Shown here in pieces: positions 16,304 to 26,508 of a stretch of 32,000 nt of DNA. The stretch comes from Kiritimatiella glycovorans (GTDB lineage: Bacteria; Verrucomicrobiota; Kiritimatiellia; Kiritimatiellales; Kiritimatiellaceae): contig NZ_CP010904.1 in the NCBI RefSeq assembly GCF_001017655.1, positions 2,430,001-2,462,000 on the forward strand, read 5' to 3'. Position 1 is the first letter of the stretch, and each line of letters starts with the position of its first letter. A program made the translations under genes and the position numbers. The notes under the pieces were generated by a model that saw only the letters and a list, made by a program, of their open reading frames with translations, was not told where the DNA came from and searched no databases.

Positions 16304-16375
16304 TTTCGCCGCGCGCATTCTTAGTATCGCCCCTTTCGAACGGCGGAGATTTGAATCCTTTACGGAAGCACCGAC

Positions 16376-16684
16376 ATGAAGTCCCGACCCGGAAACAACT
16401 CCGAAATAGACATCGCCTACGTCGCGGAGCTGGCGCGGATCGATCTGACCGATGAAGAGCAAACGGTTTTTCAGGATCAGCTCGACCGCGTGATCGACTA
16501 CGTGCGCCACCTCGAGGAACTCGACGTCGAAGGCATCGACCCCACCGCGCACGCGGTCCCGCGCTACAATGTCCTGCGCGCGGATGAACCCGCACCGTCG
16601 ATCGACCGGCGCGCCATGCTGGACAACGCCCCCGCCGCCACCCGCGATCAGGTGCGCGTGCCCAAGATCCTGGAGAACAGCTGA
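16376..16684 (+). CDS. gatC: Asp-tRNA(Asn)/Glu-tRNA(Gln) amidotransferase subunit C
   Basis: 102 aa, containing IDIAYVAELARIDLTDEEQTVFQDQLDRVIDYVRHLEELDVEGIDPT. It lies immediately upstream of gatA with a 1-nt TGATG overlap. Confidence 0.92.
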   Translation: MKSRPGNNSEIDIAYVAELARIDLTDEEQTVFQDQLDRVIDYVRHLEELDVEGIDPTAHAVPRYNVLRADEPAPSIDRRAMLDNAPAATRDQVRVPKILENS

Positions 16685-18176
16685 TGGCGGATCTTCACAC
16701 GCTCACCCTGTCGGAACTGCGCACCCGTCTGGCCACGGGCGACTGCAGCGCGGCGGAGGCGGCAGAAGCCGTGCTCGCCGCAATCGGGCGCGGCGACGCG
16801 CGCCTCGGCGCCTATGTGCGCGTGGACCGCGAACGGGTCCTCGAACAGGCGCGGGCGGCGGACGAACGGCGGGCGGCGGGCGAGACCGCCCCGCTGCTGG
16901 GCGTGCCGGTCGCGATCAAGGACGTGCTCAACGTGCGCGGCGAAGCGTGCACCTGCGGTTCGCGGATCCTGGAGGGCTACACGGCCCCCTACGACGCGAC
17001 CTGCGTGGCGAAGCTGCGCGAAGCGGGCGCGGTCCTGCTCGGGCGCGTGAACATGGACGAGTTCGCGATGGGCTCGAGCACGGAGAACTCCGCGCTCCGG
17101 ACCACGCGCAATCCCTGGGACCCCGGGCGCGTCCCGGGCGGATCGAGCGGCGGCTCCGCGGCGGGCGTCGCGGGCGGCCTCGCCGTCGCCTCGCTCGGCT
17201 CCGACACCGGCGGATCGATCCGCCAGCCGGCCGCCTTCTGCGGATGCGTCGGACTCAAACCCACCTACGGCCGCGTCTCGCGCTACGGCCTGACCGCCTT
17301 CGCCTCCTCGCTCGACCAGGTCGGACCCGTCACCCGCAGCGTCCAGGACGCCGCGCTCCTGCTGGGGGCGATCGCCGGCCACGATCCCCGCGACACGACC
17401 TCGCTCGACGCGCCCGTCCCCGACTACACGGAAGCCCTGGCGTCCGGGACGGACCTCAAGGGCATGACGCTCGGCCTGCCCCGCGAATACTTTGTCGAAG
17501 GTCTCGACCCCGAGATCGAGTCCGCCGTCCGCGCGGCGGTCGACCACTGCCGCACCCTCGGCGCGGAGATCCGCGAAGTCAGCCTCCCCCGCACCCGCTA
17601 CGCCATCTCGGCCTATTACATCATCGCCCCGGCCGAGGCCTCGGCCAACCTGGCGCGCTTCGACGGCATCCGCTACGGAAACCGCGTCGAAGGCGCCTCG
17701 CCGATCGAACTCTACCGGCGCACGCGCGCCGCCGGTTTCGGCCCCGAGGTGAAGCGGCGGATCATCCTCGGCACCTACGTGCTGAGCAGCGGGTATTACG
17801 ACGCCTATTACCTGCGCGCGCAGAAAACCCGCACGCTGGTGCGCGAGGACTTCAGGGACGCCTTCGGCCAGTGCGACGCGCTGCTGACGCCGTGCACGCC
17901 CACCCCGCCCTACCGGATCGGGGAGAAGACGGACGATCCGCTCGCCATGTATCTCGACGACGTGCTGACCACGCCGGCCTCGCTGGCAGGCATCTGCGGA
18001 CTCTCGGTCCCGTGCGGATTCACGGACGCCGGCCTGCCGGTCGGACTGCAGATCCTGGGACCGCAGCTCGGCGAGGAGACGGTCCTCCGGGTCGGGCATG
18101 CCTACGAGCAGAGCACGGAATGGCACACCCGCCGGCCGCCCGGATTCGGCGGGACGGACGCTGCGGGAGGTGCCGC

Positions 18177-18180
<4 letters not shown>
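16684..18180 (+). CDS. gatA: Asp-tRNA(Asn)/Glu-tRNA(Gln) amidotransferase subunit A
   Basis: 498 aa with the amidase signature ...GVPVAIKDVLNVRGEACTCGSRILEGYTAPYDATCVAKLREAGAVLLGRVNMDEFAMGSSTENSA...GGSSGGSAA. Confidence 0.95.
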
Positions 18181-19604
<1,424 letters not shown>

Positions 19605-19621
19605 TCCGACGCTCCCGGTCT

Positions 19622-19683
19622 GGGAAACGCGGGAAACGGGATGCGGAAGATCGCAAGGGGATTCACCATGAAGGCCATGAAGG
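19622..19683. repeat. Two pairs of 9-bp tandem repeats: GGGAAACGC/GGGAAACGG (19622-19639) and CCATGAAGG x2 (19666-19683)
   Basis: Read directly from the sequence. The second pair shares the CATGAAG core with the 13192-13216 repeats. Confidence 0.8.
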
Positions 19684-19686
19684 GGT

Positions 19687-19788
19687 GAACATAATTCGTA
19701 CTCTTACTCGTACTCGTACGCGTACTCGGAGCGCCGAAGGCGCGATCCCACTCCCTTTGTTCAAGGAACTCGAGTACGAATTATGTTC
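19687..19788. repeat. 102-bp element bounded by perfect 17-bp inverted repeats (GAACATAATTCGTACTC ... GAGTACGAATTATGTTC). Inside are a 5-unit GTACTC-type hexamer microsatellite (19698-19727) and a GCGCC-GAA-GGCGC hairpin (19731-19743)
   Basis: Arms at 19687-19703 and 19772-19788 are exact reverse complements. I saw no flanking target-site duplication. Confidence 0.7.
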
Positions 19789-19870
19789 TCTCTGAATACC
19801 GATTTCGAGTTCCCATCCGTGTCCTCGGTGTAATCCGTGGTCGAAAACACAGGAAAGGTCTCTCGCCAAG

Positions 19871-20022
19871 GCGCAGAGATCGCAAAGATGAATGAGAAGA
19901 GCACAGGCAAAGAGATCGTGCGTTCTCTCTTGCGCTCGTAGTAGGCCCGCAGGTCCGCGCCGCGGGGCCAGGGCCGTTATCTTCACGCGCCTGGCCCTTC
20001 GGGCGCGTGCGGCGCTACTACG
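19871..20022. other. Two adjacent long imperfect GC-rich hairpins between the convergent gatB and M20-peptidase genes. They could be bidirectional terminators or REP-like units
   Basis: Hairpin 1 pairs GCGCAGAGA (19871-19879) with TCTCTTGCGC (19926-19935), with one bulge. Hairpin 2 pairs CGTAGTAG (19937-19944) with CTACTACG (20015-20022) and has inner stems, for example GGGCCAGG (19965-19972) with CCTGGCCC (19990-19997). Confidence 0.5.
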
Positions 20023-20213
20023 AACGTTTGTCGTCTCCCCTCCCGCCTCTTCCCCGAACGGCTCCACCACAATAATCGGCGAATTTTCGTGGTTCAACAT
20101 TTCGGGCGATGGCCCCATGAGCAACGGAGAATGGCTCTACGGTACAGAACACCGCCGACTGTGCCTTGTCATCGAACGACAAGAGGAGAGATCGCGCTCA
20201 CAGAACGGGCCGC

Positions 20214-21386
20214 TTACGCCCGGGCGAGTTCCATCAGCAGGCGGCAGCCCGCGAGGTATTCGTCGAGGTCCGCGTATTCGTCGGTGGTGTGGATGGCGTG
20301 GGCGCCGGCGCCGAGGGTCACGGTCGGGATGCCGCGCTGATTAAAGAAGCTCGCGTCGAGCCCGCCGTCCATGATCACGGTCTCGGGGGTCAGGCCCGTA
20401 GCGTCGGCCGCGCGCTGCGCCTCGCGGACGACGGGCGCGGATTTATTCAGGCGGAAGGCCTCGTAGTCGTCCTCGAACTCAAACGACACACTTCCGCACT
20501 GCCCTTCGTGGTTCCTCACGCTCACGGCGGCGCGCTCGAACGCCGTGCGCCACGCCGAGGTGATCCGCGCCAGGAACTTCCTGCTGTGGCTCCGGCACTC
20601 GCCGGTCACGGTCATGTGGTCCATCACCTGGTTGTTCGCCATCCCGCCGTTCATCTTGCCCACGTTGGCGGTGCCGCGGCCGCCGCTCTTCCCGATGGCG
20701 CCGAACCAGCCGCGTTCGGCCAGGTCGGCCACCGCGCGCGACGCGATCAGTCCGGCGGATATTCCCTGTTCGGGATGCACTCCGGCGTGTGAGGACCGCC
20801 CGCGTATCTCCGCGGTCCAGCGCGTCGCACCGATCGCGCCGACGATCAGTTTGGCCGGGTCGCCGCCGTCGAGATTAAATCCCATCGACGGATGGCCGAG
20901 GTCTTTCTTCGTCACGTACCGCGCTCCGCAGAGCCCCACTTCCTCCGCGACGGTGAAAAGCAGCGTGAGCGGGCGGCGCGGGATACCGTGCCCGAGCAGG
21001 TGCTGCGCCGCCGTGACGATCGCCGCGACCGCCGTCCGGTTGTCGGCGCCGAGGCCGGTCTCGCCCTTCGATTCGATCCTCCCGCCCCGGCGCACCGGTT
21101 CCGCTCCGCGGCACAGCGGTACGGTGTCCATGTGCCCGGAGAACATCACCCGCGGGAGGCCCCTCTTTCCGGGAAGGCGGACGATGAGATTGCCGCATTC
21201 AAAGCCGGCGCCGGCCTTGCGGTGGGCGCTGTCGTGCGCGATCCATTCCGGCCGGCACCCGGCCTCGACCAGAAGATTCGCGACCTTCTCCGCCACCCGG
21301 GTCTCGCGTCCGCTCAATCCCTCGACCGCAAGGAGGCTGAGCAGGTTATCGACCGCGCGCCGTTCATCGATCGCCGGCGCCGTCAT
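20214..21386 (-). CDS. M20-family metallopeptidase / amidohydrolase (PepT-like, M20B-type)
   Basis: 390 aa with metal-ligand motifs ...VMFSGHMDTVP..., ...GLGADNRTAVAAIV..., ...FTVAEEVGLCGA... and ...HAIHTTDEY.... Its start forms an ATGA overlap with the upstream gene stop at 21383-21386. Confidence 0.8.
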   Translation of the reverse strand: MTAPAIDERRAVDNLLSLLAVEGLSGRETRVAEKVANLLVEAGCRPEWIAHDSAHRKAGAGFECGNLIVRLPGKRGLPRVMFSGHMDTVPLCRGAEPVRRGGRIESKGETGLGADNRTAVAAIVTAAQHLLGHGIPRRPLTLLFTVAEEVGLCGARYVTKKDLGHPSMGFNLDGGDPAKLIVGAIGATRWTAEIRGRSSHAGVHPEQGISAGLIASRAVADLAERGWFGAIGKSGGRGTANVGKMNGGMANNQVMDHMTVTGECRSHSRKFLARITSAWRTAFERAAVSVRNHEGQCGSVSFEFEDDYEAFRLNKSAPVVREAQRAADATGLTPETVIMDGGLDASFFNQRGIPTVTLGAGAHAIHTTDEYADLDEYLAGCRLLMELARA

Positions 21387-22504
21387 TCCCCTTCTCCGGC
21401 CGAAGACATCATCTTTGTGAACGGGTCGCTCGCCCCGATCTTCTCGCGGATCATCGCCACGACCTGTTCCGGGTTCTGGTCTCCGAAGATGCGGCGGGCA
21501 TACTTCTCGCAGTAGTCGCAGCGGGTACAGTCGCGCGGGCAGAAATCGTCGCTGCGGGTAAACGGCTTCAGGAATCCGTCGAGGGCGCGGTTATCGACCT
21601 TGAAGGGAAAGAACTCGCGCGGGGAAAAGAGGAACATCAGGTCGGTGAGGTCTCCGTCGTAGCGCTCGTTGAAGTAGCACTCCACCGCGCGCACGGGATC
21701 GCCGTTCAGCACGCTCTGCCGCCCCTGGATCTTGAAGTGCTCGATCCCGGCGTCGGTGTAGTAATGGAGATCCTCCGGTCTGATCCAGGAGGCCTTGAAG
21801 TAGTTGGACAGATCGTCGAACAGCCGTTTCATGCAGCGGCCCGTGAAGTAATTGCAGCTCACCGGATTCGCGCGGTCCACGGAGTCGCCGGAGATCTGGT
21901 TGTAGTGAAAGGGTCTGAAATGACAGTCCTGCAGGCAGATCGAGTTGACGATGATCTCCACCGGCCCGTGGAAGGTCTCTTTAATATGGCGCAGCCGGCT
22001 GAATTCACGGGTGATGCTCTCGTCGACCGTCAGGCGGCTCACCCCCAGCTTCTTGAACATCATGGCCTTGTTGGGGTTCGTGATCTGGGCGATGACGGAG
22101 GCCTTGATCTCGAACTCATAACCGCTGCGCAGGACCACCTCCATCAGCGAGGGCATGGCGATGATCAGGCAGCGGATGCCGGCGTCGTGGAGCTTACCGA
22201 GGAAGCGGCGGATCTCCGCCACGCCCTCCGGCGTAAACTCGCGGTTCTGCATGTACGGGGCGTTGATCGTGTACGCGAACTCGATGCCTTTGGAGCGTGA
22301 ATAGGCGGCGTAGTCGGCCAGCGTCTCGAGATCGACTTCGGGCAGCTTGTCGAGGTCGCGTCCCGAGCCGAAACAATTCTCGACGGTGACGTTGCCGTAG
22401 GTCTCGACCACGGCGCATTCGGGGTACTGCTCGTTGAGACGCGCGTAGGCATCGATCGTCTCTTTCCTGAAGTCCGCGGGCATACAGAAATGTTTCATGG
22501 CCAT
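21383..22504 (-). CDS. U32-family-like protein (collagenase / UbiU-UbiV / RlhA superfamily) with a C-terminal Cys cluster
   Basis: Translation reads MAMKHFCMPADF...VETYGN...GSGRDLDKLPEVDLETLADYAAYSRSKGIEFAYTINAPYMQNREF...GIRCLIIAMPSLMEVV...EIIVNSICLQDCHF.... The last segment resembles the PROSITE U32 pattern E-x-F-x2-G-[SA]-[LIVM]-C but is not an exact match. The C-terminal end has CPRDCTRCDYC. GGAGGAG lies 7 nt upstream of the ATG at 22504. Confidence 0.55.
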   Translation of the reverse strand: MAMKHFCMPADFRKETIDAYARLNEQYPECAVVETYGNVTVENCFGSGRDLDKLPEVDLETLADYAAYSRSKGIEFAYTINAPYMQNREFTPEGVAEIRRFLGKLHDAGIRCLIIAMPSLMEVVLRSGYEFEIKASVIAQITNPNKAMMFKKLGVSRLTVDESITREFSRLRHIKETFHGPVEIIVNSICLQDCHFRPFHYNQISGDSVDRANPVSCNYFTGRCMKRLFDDLSNYFKASWIRPEDLHYYTDAGIEHFKIQGRQSVLNGDPVRAVECYFNERYDGDLTDLMFLFSPREFFPFKVDNRALDGFLKPFTRSDDFCPRDCTRCDYCEKYARRIFGDQNPEQVVAMIREKIGASDPFTKMMSSAGEGE

Positions 22505-22562
22505 CCTGGTTCTCCTCCCTGTCCCGGCAGCCCGGCGCGGGGCTGCCCTGTTCATCCATAAA

Positions 22563-24119
22563 TCATGCCGGAGCGCCGATCCGCAGAAAATCCCTCAGGG
22601 CGCGGTAGTCCCGGGTCATGATGCCTTTCACGATCCGCATGGCCGTCTCCTCCGGCGGGCGACCGGCGCGGTCGGCCAGGAGCCTATAATAGTCGGGCAC
22701 GCGTGGAATGCCGAGGTCCTCGCGCACCCGCCGGGCGAATTCCTCCTGCACCGCGGCGATGTCCCCGAATTCGACCTCCTCCGCCGGGCGGCCCATCATG
22801 GCGTACGAGAACGGGAACGGCTTCCAGTGGCGCAACGGGACCTCGTACTTGATCGGGTACGTGAGCAGTTCCTGGATATAGTTCTCCCTGAGCCGAATGC
22901 CGAAGGCGTCCGGATCACGCCCCCACGCGGTGGTCGGATAGACCCCGGCCGGCAGACTGAGGACGGAATCGAGCACGTCGCGCATCTCCGCGATGCGCTC
23001 CAGGGTACGCTCCATACTCTCGCGGGTCTCCCCCGGCGTGGGACAGATGAAGCTCCCCACCGTGAACAGGCCCGCCGCGTGCGCACGCTCGACCGTATCC
23101 CGCACCTCACCGGGGGTGAACCCCTTGCGCAGGTTTGCGAGCACGGCGTCGTCGAGTGATTCCATGCCGAAGAACAGCGAGATAAACCCCGCATCCTTCA
23201 TGGCCTCGAAATCCTCCTCGGCATTCTGATCGACGCGCGAAAACGCGCTCAGCCGCACCTTTCCTTTCAGCGACGACTCCCTGATCGCCTGCGCCAGCGC
23301 GGTCAGCGCCTTCGGCGGCGGCGTCGAGTCCTCGACGCGGAAATGGGTGGCTCCGAACCGTTCGTGCAGCGACCGCAGTTCGTCGAACACCGCCTCCGCC
23401 GGGCGGGGGCTCAGGGTGCGCCCGTAGTTTTCGGGGCGGACGCAGAACGCGCAGCGGTTCGGGCAGGCGAGATTGGAGAGCGCGAGCGAGAACACGGGGA
23501 TCTTCTCTTCGATGGACCGGTACACACGGCCGTCATAGGAGGGTTTCGGGACAGCTCCGCCTTCGGTGACCGGTGCGGGATTGATGATCAAGCCCTCCTC
23601 CCCGCCCGTGATCATGCCGGGCACCGTACCCGCATCCTCGCCCGCCGCCAGACGCGGCACGGTTTCGTATCCCAGCCCCGTCACCAGTCCGTCCAGACGG
23701 TTCCCGGGGAGGTTGAGGATATGCTCGCGGAACCAGTCGACCTTCTGGCCGACGCCGTACAACGGGAGTGCGGGATCGCGCCGCTTCAGTTCGGCCGCCA
23801 GTTCCCGCGAGAACTTGAATCCGCTTCCGTGCCAGAGGTTGATCAGGACCATCTGCGGCCGTTCGGCCAGCACCGCCTCTGCTTCAGCGGCGGCCGCCGC
23901 CGTGAGGTCCGGATCGTCATCAAAAAAGCCGACCGAGCCGAGTGTGCGCATGAAGTCGGCACCCCGGGAAATCAGGTCCGCGAAATTGGCGCGGTCGAGC
24001 ACCACCGCCTCATGTCCGGCTCGTTCGAGGGACGCGGCGAGGCGGGCGAGGCGTTCGTTCGGGAAGAGGTGCGAGACCTCGTCCAGTTCCCCGGAAAAAT
24101 TGTAGATGACGCCGCGCAT
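22563..24119 (-). CDS. Radical SAM enzyme with an N-terminal cobalamin-binding-like (class B type) domain
   Basis: 518 aa. The CxxxCxxC cluster motif is ...LSNLACPNRCAFCVRPENYG.... About 200 aa of N-terminal Rossmann-like region precede it, as in B12-binding radical SAM proteins. The B12 assignment is by architecture only. Confidence 0.7.
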   Translation of the reverse strand: MRGVIYNFSGELDEVSHLFPNERLARLAASLERAGHEAVVLDRANFADLISRGADFMRTLGSVGFFDDDPDLTAAAAAEAEAVLAERPQMVLINLWHGSGFKFSRELAAELKRRDPALPLYGVGQKVDWFREHILNLPGNRLDGLVTGLGYETVPRLAAGEDAGTVPGMITGGEEGLIINPAPVTEGGAVPKPSYDGRVYRSIEEKIPVFSLALSNLACPNRCAFCVRPENYGRTLSPRPAEAVFDELRSLHERFGATHFRVEDSTPPPKALTALAQAIRESSLKGKVRLSAFSRVDQNAEEDFEAMKDAGFISLFFGMESLDDAVLANLRKGFTPGEVRDTVERAHAAGLFTVGSFICPTPGETRESMERTLERIAEMRDVLDSVLSLPAGVYPTTAWGRDPDAFGIRLRENYIQELLTYPIKYEVPLRHWKPFPFSYAMMGRPAEEVEFGDIAAVQEEFARRVREDLGIPRVPDYYRLLADRAGRPPEETAMRIVKGIMTRDYRALRDFLRIGAPA

Positions 24120-24192
24120 CGGATCACCCCCACGTCGCGCAATCTAGCACAGCCCCCGCCAGACGCCCCAGCCGGAATTAAGGACCGATGCC

Positions 24193-25629
24193 CTAACCGA
24201 GCAGCACGCGCAACACGTCATCGACGCCATAATCCCGTTCACCTTCGGGGCAGAACCGCGCTACCCCGGAAAAATCATCGCCCAGCGTAATCAGCGGCAG
24301 CTCCACTTCCCCGCCGCCGAGGGGCTGGGGCATGCCGATATTCGCGACCAGTGCATTACAGAGGCATTTGCGGCCCTCCGTCTTCTCCCGGAGACCGCCC
24401 TTGGCCGTGTAGGCTTCGACCGGTTCGGAGGGGCACCGGTACCCGATCGTACCGTTCTCGCGCCGGTAGGGCCGGCGCAGAAATCCGAGATCGCAGACCC
24501 GTTTTCTGCGGCGGTAGACCTCCGGGTCGGAGAGGGTACCCTCCAGCGCGGCGACCTTGAACGGGAACCCCGTCGGCGAAGCGGCGATATCGGTAAAGAT
24601 CTCGCCCTCGCCCGCCAGCGCCTTGTCCAGGAGCGCGCGGCGGAACCCGGGGTCGATACCCGACTCGCGGCACAGCGCGAACGCCGTGCCCACCTGAACC
24701 CCGGCGGCGGACTCCCGGATCGCGGACCGGACGCCCTCCCGCGAGCCGTAATATCCGGCGAGCCAGAACGGGAGGCCGATTTCGCGGACCGCATCGAGAT
24801 CGATCACGTCGCGGGGACCGTAGACCGGTTCCGAGTTCGCGCTCAATTGCAGTTTCCCGCGCGGCGGCGCGTTATGCCCGCCCGCCCGGGACCCTTCGAG
24901 AATAAATCCCGAAATGGCGTCTTTGCCCGCCTTGCGAAACAGGATGTTGGCGAGCGCATGGGAAGAGACGATCGGCACAAACTCCGGCCGGTTCAGCGGC
25001 GCGAGCGGCGCGGCATCCGGATCCTGAAAGTCGCGCGGGTCGAACTTCATGCGCGCATCCTCCGCGCCGCGGCCCGAACCCGCCACATCCACCACGTATT
25101 CCGCGGGTTCATGGCGACTGAGCCGCTCGATGGCGGCGGGAAACTGAGTCGGGATGCCGGCGCCCACGATCACCGCGCCGACCCCGGCCAGCATGGCGCC
25201 GTACAGCGACGGCAGGTGCGGGAGCTGAATCTTTTCGAGATAATTGATTCCGACCGGGTGCCCGTGGCCTTCGCGGGCCAGCCAGACCTCCACGTAATTG
25301 GCGGCGATGCACAACGCCTGGATCGGCCGGTTGCCCTCGACCGTGTGCATTCCGGGCGTCGAAAACGGCGCGTCCTCTTCCTTGCCGCCGGGGATGTAGA
25401 AGGTGTCGAAAATCCGCCGTGCGATGGAGCGGAGCGGAAAATGCTCCAGCGCCCGCCTCACATGGCCGCCGGGATCGCCCAGCTCGAGCCGCCGGATCAT
25501 GATCTGATCCAGTCCCGTGCCGGAGACCACGCCGAGCTGTCCGCGCCGGCAGACCGCACGCGCCAGACGCCAGTGGGATACACCGGCACCCATGCCGCCC
25601 TGTATTATGGCCGGGGGGTCGAGTCGCAT
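24193..25629 (-). CDS. Nitronate monooxygenase / 2-nitropropane dioxygenase-like FMN enzyme (NMO / FabK-like TIM barrel)
   Basis: 478 aa. The N-terminal MRLDPPAIIQGGMGAGVSHWRLARAVCRRGQLGVVSG matches the family pattern P.IQGGM......LA.AVS.AGGLG. Later comes ...GFILEGSRAGGHN.... Confidence 0.7.
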   Translation of the reverse strand: MRLDPPAIIQGGMGAGVSHWRLARAVCRRGQLGVVSGTGLDQIMIRRLELGDPGGHVRRALEHFPLRSIARRIFDTFYIPGGKEEDAPFSTPGMHTVEGNRPIQALCIAANYVEVWLAREGHGHPVGINYLEKIQLPHLPSLYGAMLAGVGAVIVGAGIPTQFPAAIERLSRHEPAEYVVDVAGSGRGAEDARMKFDPRDFQDPDAAPLAPLNRPEFVPIVSSHALANILFRKAGKDAISGFILEGSRAGGHNAPPRGKLQLSANSEPVYGPRDVIDLDAVREIGLPFWLAGYYGSREGVRSAIRESAAGVQVGTAFALCRESGIDPGFRRALLDKALAGEGEIFTDIAASPTGFPFKVAALEGTLSDPEVYRRRKRVCDLGFLRRPYRRENGTIGYRCPSEPVEAYTAKGGLREKTEGRKCLCNALVANIGMPQPLGGGEVELPLITLGDDFSGVARFCPEGERDYGVDDVLRVLLG

Positions 25630-25770
25630 TTCATAGTCCGTTGCTGGCCGCGGTTTTCGCCCCGCAAATGAAAACGGCCACCCTCAACTATTGGCGGCTC
25701 AGTGTCAATCCCGCCGTGCCGATGTCTGCGCTCGATTTTATACAATCGGGCAGGTTATGTTTCTGATCCC

Positions 25771-26508
25771 ATGAACCCGGAACGTCTCTCCAAAATCATG
25801 GCCCGCCGGGGACTCTGCTCCCGCCGCGAAGCGGACGGTTTTATCGAACAGGGTCTGGTCTTCGTCGACGGCGCACGCGTGAACAGGCTCGGGACGAAGA
25901 TCGATCCGGAGAGCCGGATCGAACTGGCGGCCGAGGCGCGGACGAGGCAGGAAACACGCGTGACGATCCTGCTCAACAAACCGGTCGGATACGTGTCCGG
26001 TCAGCCCGAAGGAAAATATCCGCCCGCCGTCGCCCTGATCGACCCCGCGAACCGGTGGAAATGCGATCCCTCGACGCAGAAGTTTTCGCCTGCCCACCTG
26101 GAAGGAATCGCCCCCGCGGGCCGGCTGGACGTCGATTCGCACGGCCTGCTGGTGCTCACGCAGGACGGACGGGTCGCGAGACGGCTGATCGGCGCCGACT
26201 CGGAGGTCGACAAGGAATACCGGGTGCGCGTGAAGGGCCGCGTCACGGACGGGACGCTGGAGAAGCTGCGCCATGGACTCAGCCTGGACGGGCGTAAACT
26301 GAAACCCGCCCGGGTTGAGAGGCTGCGGGGCGACTCGCTGCGCTTCGTCCTGCGCGAGGGCCGCAAACGCCAGATCCGGCGGATGTGCGGTCTCGTCGAC
26401 CTCGAAGTGCTGAACCTGAAACGGGTGCGGATCGGCCGGGTCCGCCTCGGCCGCCTGCCTTCCGGACGCTGGCGCTATCTCGGGGAGCAGGAGTCGTTTC
26501 GGGGCTGA
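25771..26508 (+). CDS. Pseudouridine synthase, RsuA/RluB/RluF family, with an N-terminal S4 domain
   Basis: Translation reads [37 protein letters not shown]... (S4 domain), then ...[11 protein letters not shown]...[18 protein letters not shown] (catalytic Asp motif), then ...[10 protein letters not shown]...[12 protein letters not shown]. Confidence 0.88.
   Translation: MNPERLSKIMARRGLCSRREADGFIEQGLVFVDGARVNRLGTKIDPESRIELAAEARTRQETRVTILLNKPVGYVSGQPEGKYPPAVALIDPANRWKCDPSTQKFSPAHLEGIAPAGRLDVDSHGLLVLTQDGRVARRLIGADSEVDKEYRVRVKGRVTDGTLEKLRHGLSLDGRKLKPARVERLRGDSLRFVLREGRKRQIRRMCGLVDLEVLNLKRVRIGRVRLGRLPSGRWRYLGEQESFRG

Noticed and set aside
16304-16375. GGAGATTTGAATCC resembles a tRNA T-arm (GGTTCGAATCC), which could be a tRNA or an att-site remnant
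   Set aside because: The flanking bases do not form a T-stem (GGAGA versus TCCTT). There is no acceptor or anticodon stem in the 72-nt gap.
19663-20124. A 153-aa minus-strand ORF in the gatB / M20 intergenic region
   Set aside because: It reads through the hexamer microsatellite as VRVRVRVRVR and through the palindromes. It has no protein-like features and no ribosome-binding site.
20166-24290. Plus-strand ORFs 20166..20792, 20545..21420, 20892..21515, 21737..22300, 22497..23159 and 23343..24290
   Set aside because: All lie antisense to the four well-supported minus-strand genes and translate to low-complexity sequence.
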